The notes below the pieces were generated by a model. The model was given only the letters and a program-made list of their open reading frames with translations. It was not told the origin of the DNA and ran no database searches. A program made the position numbers and the translations under genes. A DNA stretch of 64,000 bases from Tubulanus polymorphus (lineage: Eukaryota > Animalia > Nemertea). The DNA is taken from NCBI RefSeq assembly GCF_964204645.1, contig NC_134031.1:20281910-20345909 (forward strand), written 5' to 3'. How positions within the stretch are numbered: position 1 is the first letter of the stretch; each line of letters begins with the position of its first letter. Positions 28,801 through 40,718 of the stretch are shown piece by piece.

Positions 28801-29461
28801 AAGGATATTTGTAGAATTATTTTTCAACAAGCGACTTTTGCACATACTTGCTGCCATAGTTTCCACTGCCAGCAGTTGATAGAACCAGGGAGGTTTGAAA
28901 AAATCATGTACTTCTCTTTATAGTATTGTGTACGAGCGGCATTTCCAGTTTGGTTACAGAATGCACAAGTTCAGACTGGGGGTGAAGATCAGTTGGGCGT
29001 GGCGCAATACTGCGTACCGGCAGTAACTTACATCGCGCAAGATGATTGGACAGACAATGGTGAGTCCATGAAATTCATTTAAGAGGAAAATTGAAGAAAA
29101 AGGGCGGCCACTTTCTCCCTGACATGTCAGTTGTTTCCATGACATGATCTACTACTAAGAATCCAATCAATCAACACAGTCAAATATGTAAGACATAGAT
29201 GGAAAATGTTTGTATAATTGTTACACACAATTTAAATATCTCAAAAAATTTCCCTGAAATTTTTCAAGAAAAGAAAATTCCCAGACTTTCCGCTAAGTGG
29301 CACTTCCATGAGAGATTTCATCATCACATTTAAGTGATATCGATCTGCGTTTTTCAGAAAAGTCCAGCGTCCCCACGGAGGCGACGTTCGAAGAATGCTG
29401 GAAAAGCGCCGATGTTCTGAGTCCACAATATAAACAGTATCTTCTACGCATAATAGGATAA
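22893..29461 (+). CDS. Uncharacterised large disordered protein with C-terminal gamma-glutamylcyclotransferase (GGCT/AIG2-like) domain, ~14 coding exons
   Basis: ATG at 22893, several small exons, then a large exon ~25400-27500 (ORF 25386-27617). Terminal exons read GKLYYFAYGLTMNCSRMQSYL...LFGFSLVFNKKG...FPNIEFNPYSSVEGCVYAITPKELEVLDHCMGCPKY...AVTYIA...SADVLSPQYKQYLLRIIG*, which aligns with the GGCT fold (YFAYGSN, LxF, VxGVVY, LDxxEG). Phases were checked across the last 7 exons. Stop TAA at 29459-29461. Confidence 0.8.
23714..23753 (+). ncRNA. Minimal type I hammerhead ribozyme motif (Penelope-like element type)
   Basis: cgc-CTGATGA-t-ggctaa/tagtct/ttagcc-GAAAC-GTT-gcg. It has the conserved core, a 6-bp helix II, a palindromic helix III (AACGTT) and a 3-bp helix I. 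Confidence 0.7.
27622..27699. mobile_element. pogo/Tigger-like MITE
   Basis: TA-CAGTAAACC...GGTTTACTG-TA. Confidence 0.65.
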
Positions 29462-30120
29462 CTTTACCAATTACGAGAATTGTTGCTGGATTATGTCTGA
29501 CAAATGATTCACCGGGTATCGACTGAACGAACTGAGAATTTTGGAATCGGCTCAAACCAGAATGTTTATAGACGTCAAATACCGTTTTTATCTGGATTCT
29601 AATAAAACACTGTCCAGAGTCAGTTCCGCAGTTTATGAGTTAGATTGAAAGATTTTCTTCATATTTCAACCGAGGAAGTATGATGCTAGGCTGGGTACTC
29701 ATATAATGTTATGATCTATATAATCAAAGGCAGGTGTAACCGAACCGGCCTACAATATATGATATATCGTCATTGCATCTAAAATCAATACCATTTTCAG
29801 TTTTATATCCGCCAGTTTTCTAACCAACTTCAATAATATTCTGTTGTTAGAACTTAACTGCCGCTCATTGCTGTGATTGTTACTTTAAAGATCTCTATCA
29901 ATATCCTCTTACTAAACCTTATTAATATCTGAACCACTTTGCTGTGTTTCAACTATTCATTGAATGCTATTCTTTTTTGCTGTGATATGCATCGAACTTC
30001 TTAAAATGTTGCTTTTTTACAAAATACAATTTTTACGCGTATTTTCCAACTTCTAGTGGCCAACTATCATGCTTACAGTAGATATGTAGGTATGGTATTC
30101 ATTATTGTATCATTTTAGTT

Positions 30121-30163
30121 GCTCTGATGATGGGGTTTAAAAGTAATCCCCGAAACTGTTAGA
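30121..30163 (+). ncRNA. Second, degenerate minimal hammerhead ribozyme motif
   Basis: gct-CTGATGA-t-ggggttta/aaag/taatcccc-GAAAC-t-GTT-aga, followed by AATAAA. Helix I is reduced to 2 bp. Confidence 0.55.
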
Positions 30164-30893
30164 AAATAAACTTTTCTACGTATCTACTGCGGGTTTTTAT
30201 TTGTTAATGCTAACAGATCTTTGATGGATTTTCATCAATAGTCGTGCTTTGCTTATCGAGTTTAGATCGAAGTATAGTCCAAGCCTTATTGTGAAAATAT
30301 ATACATAGTTAGTTAGTCATATATTTCTGTACTGATTCATGTATTCAATGTTTTCTTATTTGCTTCATCATATATTTTGTGTTACGTGTAATATATGTAT
30401 GTACTCATCATGGAATACTTGAAAGTAATTTTATATACATTTTACTGGGTGCCATGTAGGGAATACAAAAAGTCCGTCCAATGTACCGAGGAAGTCCCCT
30501 TATGTGATATGCCCTATTTAGGGGTGCACCCCTCCCTCAATCAGATCCTAGATCCACCACTGAATTAGTCGATACACATAATTTGATTTTAAGGTTTATG
30601 TAAACTGGGCCCGGATATTGTGAACGAGGTTCAGCTAATTCATTGTTTTCGCCAAATCTGTCCATGCCGTATTTTTTATAACTGACAACTTTTTGAATGA
30701 CATTTTCTGCTCTTTTTGTGATTGCTTTTTTATAAATAAATGTGCTATATCTCTCAAAAATGATTGTTTCTTGATTTCAATTAGACTAGTTGAGAGAGCA
30801 TCAATGGGCTATAAGTATGCAGCTTTCAACAATAAGTACGTCTTGAATTTTATATGAAATACACTTATAATTTCCTCCTATAAAACATTTCCA

Positions 30894-33800
30894 TCATCGA
30901 CAATCTTCGTCGAATATTTTGATTTTATAATGTTTTAAGTCTTGTTCGCTTATCGGCGCCGGCGCATCGCTCATCGGGTCTCTCAGCTCCGATTTAGGGA
31001 AAGCGATCACGTCTCGGATGCTCGGCGCTCCGACCATGATGGACAACAGACGATCAAGACCTAGAATCAAGATACACAAATATTTAATTCACTAACTCGA
31101 TGCATTATAGACGAATAACGTCTGTAAGTTTCTAATACACCAACAAACAACAAAGGTAACATCCCAGTCGACTAGTTTTATAGATTAGCTTGAGTTAACC
31201 TGAGGGTCCAGTCAATCATAAAAAGGATAAACTTCAAAATCGATAAAGATAAAATGAAATAATGAAGAAATTCAATTGCAGCTCTTAAATCGAAATCAGT
31301 CTATAAAACAGCCTACGGGGCCCATAATCTTGCATTATTGGATATCCGATGTCTTTGATTGCTCTTGTTAAGGAAGGGGAAGGGGTTAGTGCAATGTGGA
31401 CATTCTATGGAGATGGGGAGGGGGTAAAAATTTAGCAATTTTGTATGGACGTCTTCAATGGACAGTTCCTATATAACCCTTAAGTAAACGGCAGGTGGTT
31501 TCAGCGAGTCGATTCTGGAAGAAGTGGTTTTATCAAATATTCATAAGCAGTTCATACACACCGAGCCTGAGCTGTTTCTCTCATATCATACAAACGGATT
31601 ACATACAATAAACACTGAATGACATACCTAAAGCGATTCCACCGTGTGGCGGACATCCATATTTGAATGCTTTCAAAAGATGCTCCAACTGACTAGAATT
31701 TTCCTGTAAAAAGGATAGAAGATTGATGTGTAACTAATTATCACAGCACAGACTCCTATGTTTTCCCTGATTTGTCTGATTATCTAAGTTTTCTAGGCCG
31801 GTGGCCACCCTCTAACCCTATCTATGAAGTATATTCCACCCAACTTGGGTGATGCTCTCAAATTGTGCTTGTGTGATTTAGTCAAAAAGATTCGACTTGA
31901 TTGGAGTCTGCTGTATTGCAACTTGGAGCGATAAGACTGATTACTCCAAGATTGCAACAACGAGCCATTGCAAGCGATAAAAATAAACCTTTTTTGAGAA
32001 GACCAGGCACCCCACTGAAAAATCGCTAATTTTTCTCATGATTCTTAAGGTCCAAAAAGTTCCAACTAGGGAAGCGTTTAGGCTAGATACATAGATAACC
32101 CAAATATCAAGATATCAAGGCATGTTGAAAACTTCCCAATGAACTACTGACCGAAAAATAAATGCCGTAGAAAATAAAAGAAACAGAATTTTACTTTTAA
32201 ACAATGGTGAGGAACTATGAGTTATTTGAAGTATCTTACCTGAAGTATATTTTCTAAAATGTGTTTCTGCAGATTTGAATCATGAATTCTTATCGAACCT
32301 CCACCGATTTCAGCTCCGTTTAAAACCAGGTCGTAATGTAAACTTCGCACCTGTTAATAACGCATTGAAAATAGAAAACAATCGTTATTATCATAATCAT
32401 TAAGGAAACCTGTGTTTAAAGTGCAGGCTCGAGTGATGCTTAGCAGGGTTGAGGGTGTATAGAAATGAACAAAGAAAGCAAATAAGATCCCACTCCAAGG
32501 TCGTCACTTTTAAACTGATTTTGATCTTGAGTAAAGAAAAATAGAAAAAAATTTATAGTCTATAGTAGTAAAAGATATATTTAATAATAATCATAATTAG
32601 TGTTTTATATAGCGCTTAATCCAGCTCATAAAAAAAGAGCGCTTCACATAAAAGCCTCATTAAAGAGGAAATGTTTAAGTTTAAGTATTAGATTAAGATT
32701 TGTATTTTGAACGCATGTGAATTTCCATGTTGAAACATTCGCCGTATAATATGTCTGCAATTTTATTCTGGAGACTTAGGTTGACACATTTAGGTGAATT
32801 TTGTGCAAAGACTGATAATCGCAGAATAGAATCAATGGATCAAATGATCACACGTAATTCAACATGTGTTTTCTAGATTTTTCTGATTCCCCTAGTTTTC
32901 CAGGTTTTCAAGGTCAGTGGCCACCGTGAGGGACTTAACATACAGCAATAATATCGAGCATGTTTGATTCATACAGATTGATTCTTGGCATACTGTGCAA
33001 AGTTTGGTGAAAATTGATTTGCCGATGAAATCAACCGAACCACTAAACCACTGGCTTTAGAACTTACTGATGCAACACTTGATATCATCAGCTATATCTA
33101 TTTTACCTTTTCTGGATTTTTTTGAAGTAGATGTTCATCCTCTGGATGTGGAGCGGTGAAAGGATGATGAGTTGACTCTAAACCATCTGTAATTATAAAT
33201 GAGTTATACAGATGTGCACGAGTGACTTGTTAGGGATGATAACTTCTAAAACCACGAATAAGAGGCTGCTCATTATGCAGCCCAAACCAGACCCCCGGAT
33301 GAAAATGTTTACCTAATCACCACTTGAACAATTTTTTTGATCATCTACACTTCATTTGTGTTTAGGACACCTTCACCCCAAACATTATTATATTGTAAAT
33401 GAACTAAAAACACCAGAAATTAGACATTTCTTGACCACACAATCAAAAAGTGTCTGTCAATATTTCACACCTAACAATAACAAATGTATAAAAGGGCTAG
33501 TTTCAGATCGATCCCTGCATTAGTCCATAGCAGACCTGACTAACTGTTAAAAGAGTAATATCAATAGTAGAAAGGTCTGCTATCATCTTTGAATCATAGT
33601 TTACGTTCAGAAAAATCCATCGTAAAATGTGTTTTAATCAAATTAAAATGCGATAATTCCAGCGTTACGATCACATTAGTGAATGACGGCACAAAATAAT
33701 TTCATTATTTCTCTTTCTAGACAAACTGCTAAAGTAAAGACTCCTGCGTGTATGCTGCAGGGATGATCTTCAAATCAGATACTCTCATACCTTCGAGGCT

Positions 33801-36800
33801 CAGAACAAATCAGACTAAAGTGACTAAGTTAGTTATCGTCTCGTCTGTTGTTACTCTACGATACTCTCAACTATTTTTGCATTCATAATTCCTATAAATG
33901 GCTATTGATTTATTACGCACACGTATTGGAGAGGCGCATCGAAAATTTCAGAGTATCTCGAAATATCTGGGTATCAGTTTTAGCCAATAATTGCGGTACC
34001 TTGGAGGCATCGATATCATCAAATACACCGATTTCACCGGCATCATTTTGACCATTGCCTCAACGTAGCCCCAACGAGATAAGCTAGCCTCATAAAGGTG
34101 TCCGTGGTAATAGCCAAAAATGTTAACTCCAGTGCTCCTGATGAATTCTAACAATACCATACATGTCACAAATTCATTCATTGTCTAATTCATGCACATA
34201 TATACATTATCTTTTGAAAAAATTCACCAAGTAAAAGGAAGATCAATTTGCATAACAACAGATGTAATGAGCTTGTGAGTATCGATAGAAATATATACTC
34301 AGTCCCTCGACGCAAATGTGTCAATGTCAAAAATTTATCCAAGGTCCCAAGCTGTAACACTGGAGAATTATTAAGTATTCTATACACATGACGACAATGA
34401 TGTATATTACGATGAAAGCCACCAGTGATTTGTGAACAGCTCTCTCCCCCGACAACTTAGTTATTAAAGCATGACACTTGTACTAAATCGTACTGGCAAC
34501 CCGTTGATGTCCACACTCAACGATGACTAGCTAGGAAAAAAATATTCCGCAAGGCAATTGTATGGAAATGCAGAAGATTTACGCAAAAATCTTTGTGATC
34601 AAGGTGAAGGTTAATTCTGAACACCTCGCTATATCGATAACTAAAGGTTAGTCGCTCAAAAACTGGTACAAGTTAACCAGTGGGTAATCTGCATCATGGT
34701 ACCTGAAAAAGTTTACTCCAACCAAACTTTGAACAACTGTCCTCAGGCAGTTTTCAGGGCGTATGGCTTCTTAATCTCTATTGCCAGCATTTTGTGAAAA
34801 TGCTGTCCAATGCTTAGTCAGGAATACAGAATATATCACAGTCCTTGACAGAGTACTCGGTTCCCAGTGTCTCATCATCAGAGGTAAACTTAACATCTTC
34901 AAACGTACATTTTGTATATACAGGTCTTCAACACACAAGAGCGAATTGAATTGAATTGATGCACGCACCTGATCCATCTTCTTTTTGGTCGAACAAAGGG
35001 AAATCTTCAACCCATACGAAATTGAAACCTTCCTTTTCTTTAAGCGACCGGCCTGCAACGAAATTTTTGATGAAATGAAAAAAGTTCTAGCGAAATGGGA
35101 ATGTTTGAAATAAGGGAAATAGCATACAGATTAGATCCTCTAATTGACAGGATGGACTCATAAAACTATTTGACTCAAAATGTTTGTTGAAATATTTTCC
35201 TGACTATAAATGAATTATACGCAATCGAACTCTGATATTGCGCTCAAGCCGGACGAACGTCCACGGTCCTAAAAGATGGCCTGCCTTAAATTCAGAGTCT
35301 ATTGTTGATATAATGGACGTAGTAATGTTTGTTATTACTCGTACCTTTCAACTCTAAATTCTTGATACAATCAACCCGTACTCTTCCCATCAGCTTACGC
35401 TGAAAATAAAGCAACGTGACTTTATATAAACATTTGTTATAGAGTCCATGAGAAAACATGGACGTATATATCAGGGCTCCGTGAAGAGACCAGTCCAGTA
35501 GACCATTGACTCTAAAATTCATTTAAGAGTTAATGATACATGGATGTTCCAATATGAGACCAATAGAACTAGTAAACCCTCACGGTGTCTGAGTGAGATC
35601 CAACGCTGATTATAATAATGTCGCCAACTTCTGCTTGTAAATGATCGATAAGTCTTTGTTTCACGTTTTCGCTGAAGTGTTTGGCAAATTTACCTTGCCA
35701 CGTTTCTGCACTTTTCAACTGTAGAATGTTGATCGTCTGAAAACAAAAGAATTCGACGAAATGATTAAGATATAAACCCATTTTAAGAAGATGACGATAT
35801 TGCCGGGCGTCGTAGTTAAAAAGCAATGCCAAATCGATTCGATTATATCACAAATATCACCACAAGGCAAGTTGCTAATAATGTATAGCACTGAACTGAA
35901 GAAAAGATGAGATTAGTTAAATTCAATTGTTTTAACTCCGCTCATATCTGCTGGCAGCAACATTTCAAACGCAATAATTGTATCTACCGGCAACAAAATT
36001 TGAACGTTTTCATTCCTCGAACTGCGACATTAATTTGGCAGTTTTATTTTTCCCTCAAAAAAAAAAAGGAAGAGCGACCAGAGTAACTGTGCCGCCACCA
36101 GGATTCGAACCGGTGATCCCTGGATTGATGAGACCAGCGACCCGATGCTTACACCACTCGGCCGATACTCATCTCTACTCGAACTCATCAGATTTTTTTC
36201 CAAACAAATAAATTGAAAATATCAAGCATCAATAATCGGACGGAGTTACACGATGAGAATATCTCCGAATCGAAAGACTGAACTCGCTGCTTCGTCGCGC
36301 GACAACACTTCATCCAGTTAATGCCGAATGTGCGCTTAATCGGCTTGCGCGCAGGAGAGAGGGGGAAAACAAAAAAACAGTTTTCATTCCCGAAAGGAAT
36401 TTCGCGTCGCCGAGTTCTTAGCACAATGACAGGAAAGATTAGATCGACGTTCTGGTGAAATATCGACAATCAATAGCCGCGCGCCGTCGACTAGTTTACA
36501 GGAGCAACTGCGATCTTAGGACATGACGGAAAACTGACCATAACTTAACTGCGGAAAATCATAGCAAAATGTAAAGACTTTCGGTAGAGAGTCCAATACT
36601 GATCAATAAATCCACAACAGAATTGCAACTTCCTCGGTATAACAAAATTCATCCTTGAAAATACTATATTACAACATGATCTTACAGTAAAATGCTTTAC
36701 AGTCACACCTATTATATGCGTTTATCTTTCATTCATATTCTCACATGTTGTTTATTTCTGCTGCTTATAAAGTTCATTCCATACATTATTCTACCTGTTG

Positions 36801-36836
36801 AGGCTGAAGTGACTCGGCGAAATCAATCGTACTTTC
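30894..36836 (-). CDS. DARS2: Mitochondrial aspartyl-tRNA synthetase, 3' half only (possibly truncated copy/pseudogene)
   Basis: Exons 36795-~36836 (partial), 35584-35736, 35345-35399, 34969-35052, 33107-33186, 32240-32350, 31628-31703 and 30894-31060 splice in frame. They give [45 protein letters not shown] and [33 protein letters not shown] (class II motif 3). No upstream exons were recognised. Confidence 0.9.
33900..34400 (-). mobile_element. Decayed ISL2EU/Harbinger-type transposase fragment in DARS2 intron
   Basis: Frame-broken translation [23 protein letters not shown] resembles the HTH_Tnp_4 motif (LSxEDQFLLTLMKLRxN). Downstream [10 protein letters not shown]...LLAK resembles the DDE_Tnp_4 segment SGxLDxL...ILAD. 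Confidence 0.4.
36060..36175 (-). mobile_element. tRNA(Met)-derived SINE head (tRNA-like pseudogene)
   Basis: Minus strand reads GTATCGGCCGAGTGGTGTAAG (A box) ... CTGGTCTCATCAATCCAG (CAT anticodon-like arm) ... GGTTCGAATCC (B box). It does not fold as a clean cloverleaf, and a related copy lies at 41818. Confidence 0.7.
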
Positions 36837-38214
36837 AAAGATGAATTTTGTTACAAGGTACATTTTGAGAAAATATTTGCAATCAAAGTTACATACTTTG
36901 GAATTCTGATAGCTTCCTGGGCTTTATGGAATTCAATGCAGATTTAGTTTCATGATCTTTTCAAAAGGTAACATTTGCCTTAACCGCGCATAATATCAAA
37001 TACTGCACAAGTCTATATAACTGAATGATATCTGACGATGAAACCACATCAGTTGGATTCATTCCGGGAAATCCATAATCATAATCTGGATGTTAGATCC
37101 ACAGATTAAAGATAAATCCAGAGTCTGATTAAAGTTCTTTGTTGTTAAAAAGAAAGAAGATCTATAACCACCAACATCTGAAACATTGTGGTTGGATTGA
37201 TGATACCTGCAAAATGCTTCCATCATTTTGACTGAGTTGGCCCCCCTCATATCGGCTGCACAATTGAGGTTTCTATTTTTATGCATTTCTTACTAGTCAT
37301 TACACCTCTGAAAACAGTTTCCTTACTTTAAGCACAAATCCCAGAATTCTGCAAAAATCATCAAATCAACAAAAAATGTTCTTAAGTCCTTCGTGTTTTC
37401 ATCAAAATTTTTCAATGATAAAAAATGTCTTTTTGACAAACCTGTCTTGATTAAGTAATGTTTATGTTCATTTTCAATCCTTTGATTTGCAAAGAAGTTT
37501 TTTCAATTCTCCCATCATTTGAATCCAATTCATCACAATTTTCACTTCTTTTTATAATTTTTTTGCAATCCTTGCAAGGTTTTAATCACTCGAATAATAA
37601 AAAAACTTTATTTCTATTTTTCCCTGTTCCCTTCCAGTTTAAAATGCCCAGCATAACAAAAAGAAATCTTTCAATTTTCTATTCGCCCTCCAACATTTTG
37701 TTGAAAAAATCTGTACTCCAGAAAAAGGCCAAGTTCAGCCAATAGCTTAAACTGTGCGAGGTTATTCAGTCATAGTTTTCCTTGTCAATAATATGACACG
37801 GACTGGTGTAAACTCAACAGGCTCAACTCAACTTTAAAATCATATTTCTCTTTTGCAACATGTATATTCATTTGTTTATTTTTAAATTCAATGTTTGCGG
37901 GTGCATTAGGAGATAATTTGTACAAATTGACGAAACAAGCGGAACCTCTGCATATCAAAGATTCAACACAAATTGACAAAGAGAAAAATAGCATTTTAAA
38001 TCGACTTTATTAAATTAAATCTCTAAAGATGCGAGCGAGGTGAACTATTCGTAAACCCAAAATTCTAAATGTATATATCGCCAACAGGGATTATCAGTTA
38101 ATCTTTACAGCTCTTTGATTTGTTGATATGTTTTGAAATAAATACACGAACATCTCATTTGTTTTTCATTGTGAATTCAGACGCTGAAGAAAATCTCCTC
38201 ACGGCTGCTGCGCG

Positions 38215-39135
38215 ATGAATTTTCTTCAAAATTCGTCGTCTTCGTATGTTACTACAAACTTTTACTTTAAACTTGTAGTAAGCCCAACAGAGTTGCGTGG
38301 AACATATTATTTGTGGTTTCATCTTCCGTTCTTGAGTCTCATTTTTATTTTCGGATTCATCGGTAATTTACTGATTGTAATCATTATGTTACAACGTAAA
38401 CTATGGCGACATTCATTTAGCCGGATGTTCATTCAACTAGCGATCAGTGATTCTATCGTTCTCTGCATATATTTCTGCGTATTTATGAATGTATTGTCTG
38501 ATGTGTTATATCAGTCTGTACTGATCAAACCATCGACACGATTTCAATGTATGTTCTACGAGTATTTCGCAATATCTTCTTTTACAATCAGCCCATGGAT
38601 GTTGGTTCTAATAGCTACCGAGCGAATGTGCGTGGTTTGTTTTCCGTTTAGGGGTCCTCGTTTCTGGACAGTGAATACGGCTTCTAGATTGTGTTTATCT
38701 GTTGTGTGTCTAGTGGCCCTGATTTACAGTTATCAGTTTGTGACTGTTGATTTCACCGTCGACGTTGGTTGTACGAGCAGCCAACGGAGCCCAATGTTTC
38801 GAATAATGCTCTTGTCTTTAGTTCCATTTTGTTTTCTAGTCACACTTTCATCGGTAACATCTGTAACTTTATTCAGAAGTCAGGAAAACAAAACTCATGC
38901 ATCGAAATACTCAAAACAAGTAACCAAGATGGTGTTTTTACTGTGCATGTTCTTCATGGTCACAACATTTCCCACTACTATTCTTGCCCCTTTTGTCTGG
39001 AACAATAACCAATTAAGATACATCTTCGGGGCTGTTTCAGACGTCCTTATGCTGAATTATTCATTAAATCTCTACATATATCTGATGTCGGGAAAAAATT
39101 TCAGAAACGCATTACGCAATTTACTTTGTAAATAA
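38215..39135 (+). CDS. Rhodopsin-class (class A) GPCR, peptide/FMRFamide-receptor-like, single coding exon
   Basis: 306-aa ORF with 7 TM segments. Motifs: GFIGN (TM1), LAISD (TM2), ATERMCVVCFP (TM3), CMFFMVTTFP (TM6), NYSLNLYIYLMSGKNFR (TM7/helix 8). Confidence 0.92.
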   Translation: MNFLQNSSSSYVTTNFYFKLVVSPTELRGTYYLWFHLPFLSLIFIFGFIGNLLIVIIMLQRKLWRHSFSRMFIQLAISDSIVLCIYFCVFMNVLSDVLYQSVLIKPSTRFQCMFYEYFAISSFTISPWMLVLIATERMCVVCFPFRGPRFWTVNTASRLCLSVVCLVALIYSYQFVTVDFTVDVGCTSSQRSPMFRIMLLSLVPFCFLVTLSSVTSVTLFRSQENKTHASKYSKQVTKMVFLLCMFFMVTTFPTTILAPFVWNNNQLRYIFGAVSDVLMLNYSLNLYIYLMSGKNFRNALRNLLCK

Positions 39136-39274
39136 AAACCACCCCCAAATATGCTCTAGGCAGCCAACTGGTAGTAGTACACTAACATGCTTGATTCTAA
39201 AATAAGCACCTGAAATGCAGGTATGACATGTTCTCAAGCTGTGATTCAGATCCATAATTGCTCGGGACGACTAT

Positions 39275-39487
39275 AGCCGCGATCACATGGAGACAATTTG
39301 GCCCGGGCCAAATTGGAACGGGACAGGCTCGGGCCGAATTTGCCCCGTGCCTAATTAGAGAGCGCGTTCACACGTAAACCATTCACTCGATACTAAACAA
39401 TGCTCCTAAAAAGCGAAGTGGATCATTTCCGGTGCCAGTTGCAATCCAAATTTGGCCCGGGCCAAAAATGCTCGTGTGATCCCGGCT
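39275..39487. mobile_element. MITE, family A (PIF/Harbinger-like)
   Basis: TIR AGCCGCGATCACA...TGTGATCCCGGCT with 3-bp flanks TAT/TAT and internal AAATTTGGCCCGGGCCAAA subrepeats. Related copies at 9385-9500, 41734-42176, ~50960-51050 and ~62880-63110. Confidence 0.75.
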
Positions 39488-40718
39488 TATAACTCTACAT
39501 GACCAGTCACAAGAAATCGTTTGGTACTATTTGAAGCGGCTGTTAATGGCATATTGCGCTCGGGTCAGGCTTATTCCAGGAGTTTTGAGAAACTGACTGC
39601 TTAGGATTCAAGGAGCACAACAACATTTTCGATATTACGCCGGGTATTATTTTTTCATCAGGGCCTCCTGCAGTAATAGCAATCGCGATATCCGATTACG
39701 CTGAATTGACACTAGAAAATCACTAGGTAACCCACTACATCAACGTGGTAACAGGCCTAAAAGATCTTCAGTTGTTGAGACCATATTTTCTCCATTGCAC
39801 GGTTCATTTTGCCCATACAACCATATTGAGTCGTTTTCAATGGTGAATGTATAACAATGGAAAGGCTATAATAGTAGTAATAATTCTAATATTTGCTGTA
39901 AAATGTCACAAGCAGTTAATATCCTTGTCCAGCTACATCGAGTCATCACAAAAAGTCCTCGGATGAAGAAAAAAGGTTCTGAATGCTAGGCTTTCAGGCT
40001 ATAGAAAATGTTGTCGTCCGAAAGTGAAATCTCGTTTTAAAGAACGTATCATCGAAATACGAAAGATGTTCAAACTAATCCAGGATAACCAAATCATTTA
40101 AAGAATTCTGTGCGATAAAAAAAATGCAGTATTACTCTGGTCAAAATGGTCACAAATACTGAAAATGGGTGTTTATATTCTTTCCGCACATCTTTGAAAT
40201 CACCATAATCATTGAAAGTCTGATGCGGGTTAATGTTGTGACCACTGCTTATATTAAACTGGACTAAATCTAGAACGTTCTAAAATATGCAGTGCAAATC
40301 AGGATTTATCATTTTTCGAATTTGCTTACAACACGACGGACAGACAGCTTCATAAATATTAAACCACTCGACGGGAATGAAATTTTACCCTTCGCGAGGA
40401 CGACGACATTTCATAACTTTCGTGAAAAACGCGTTTCCGAAGTTAATGTCTCTCGGTGCCATTTCGCTGTCACGTGATAAATCTCTCGAGATGAAAACCG
40501 GATGATACTCGCTTGTTTGTTCTCCGTGGTTGAAAAAAAAATATGCGCGCCGAAACTGGAAGCTTACCACGTGTACAAATAATTGCTTTAGAAAATCCCA
40601 TTTATTCCGAGTGTGTGTGTGTATTGCAAAAGCAGAAACGGTTTGTTGAGATTGGGTTTTTACAGTCGGTTTACCTGTTGTAATCATCTACACTATCTTT
40701 CATAGAATATCTCAATGT

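Noticed and set aside
36090-36165. Functional tRNA-Met gene
   Set aside because: The acceptor stem and arm spacing do not fit a cloverleaf, and the sequence recurs in a TSD-flanked SINE.
36860-38030. Possible upstream DARS2 exons or another gene
   Set aside because: All frames contain stops and no AspRS motif was recognised. It is left as unassigned decayed sequence.
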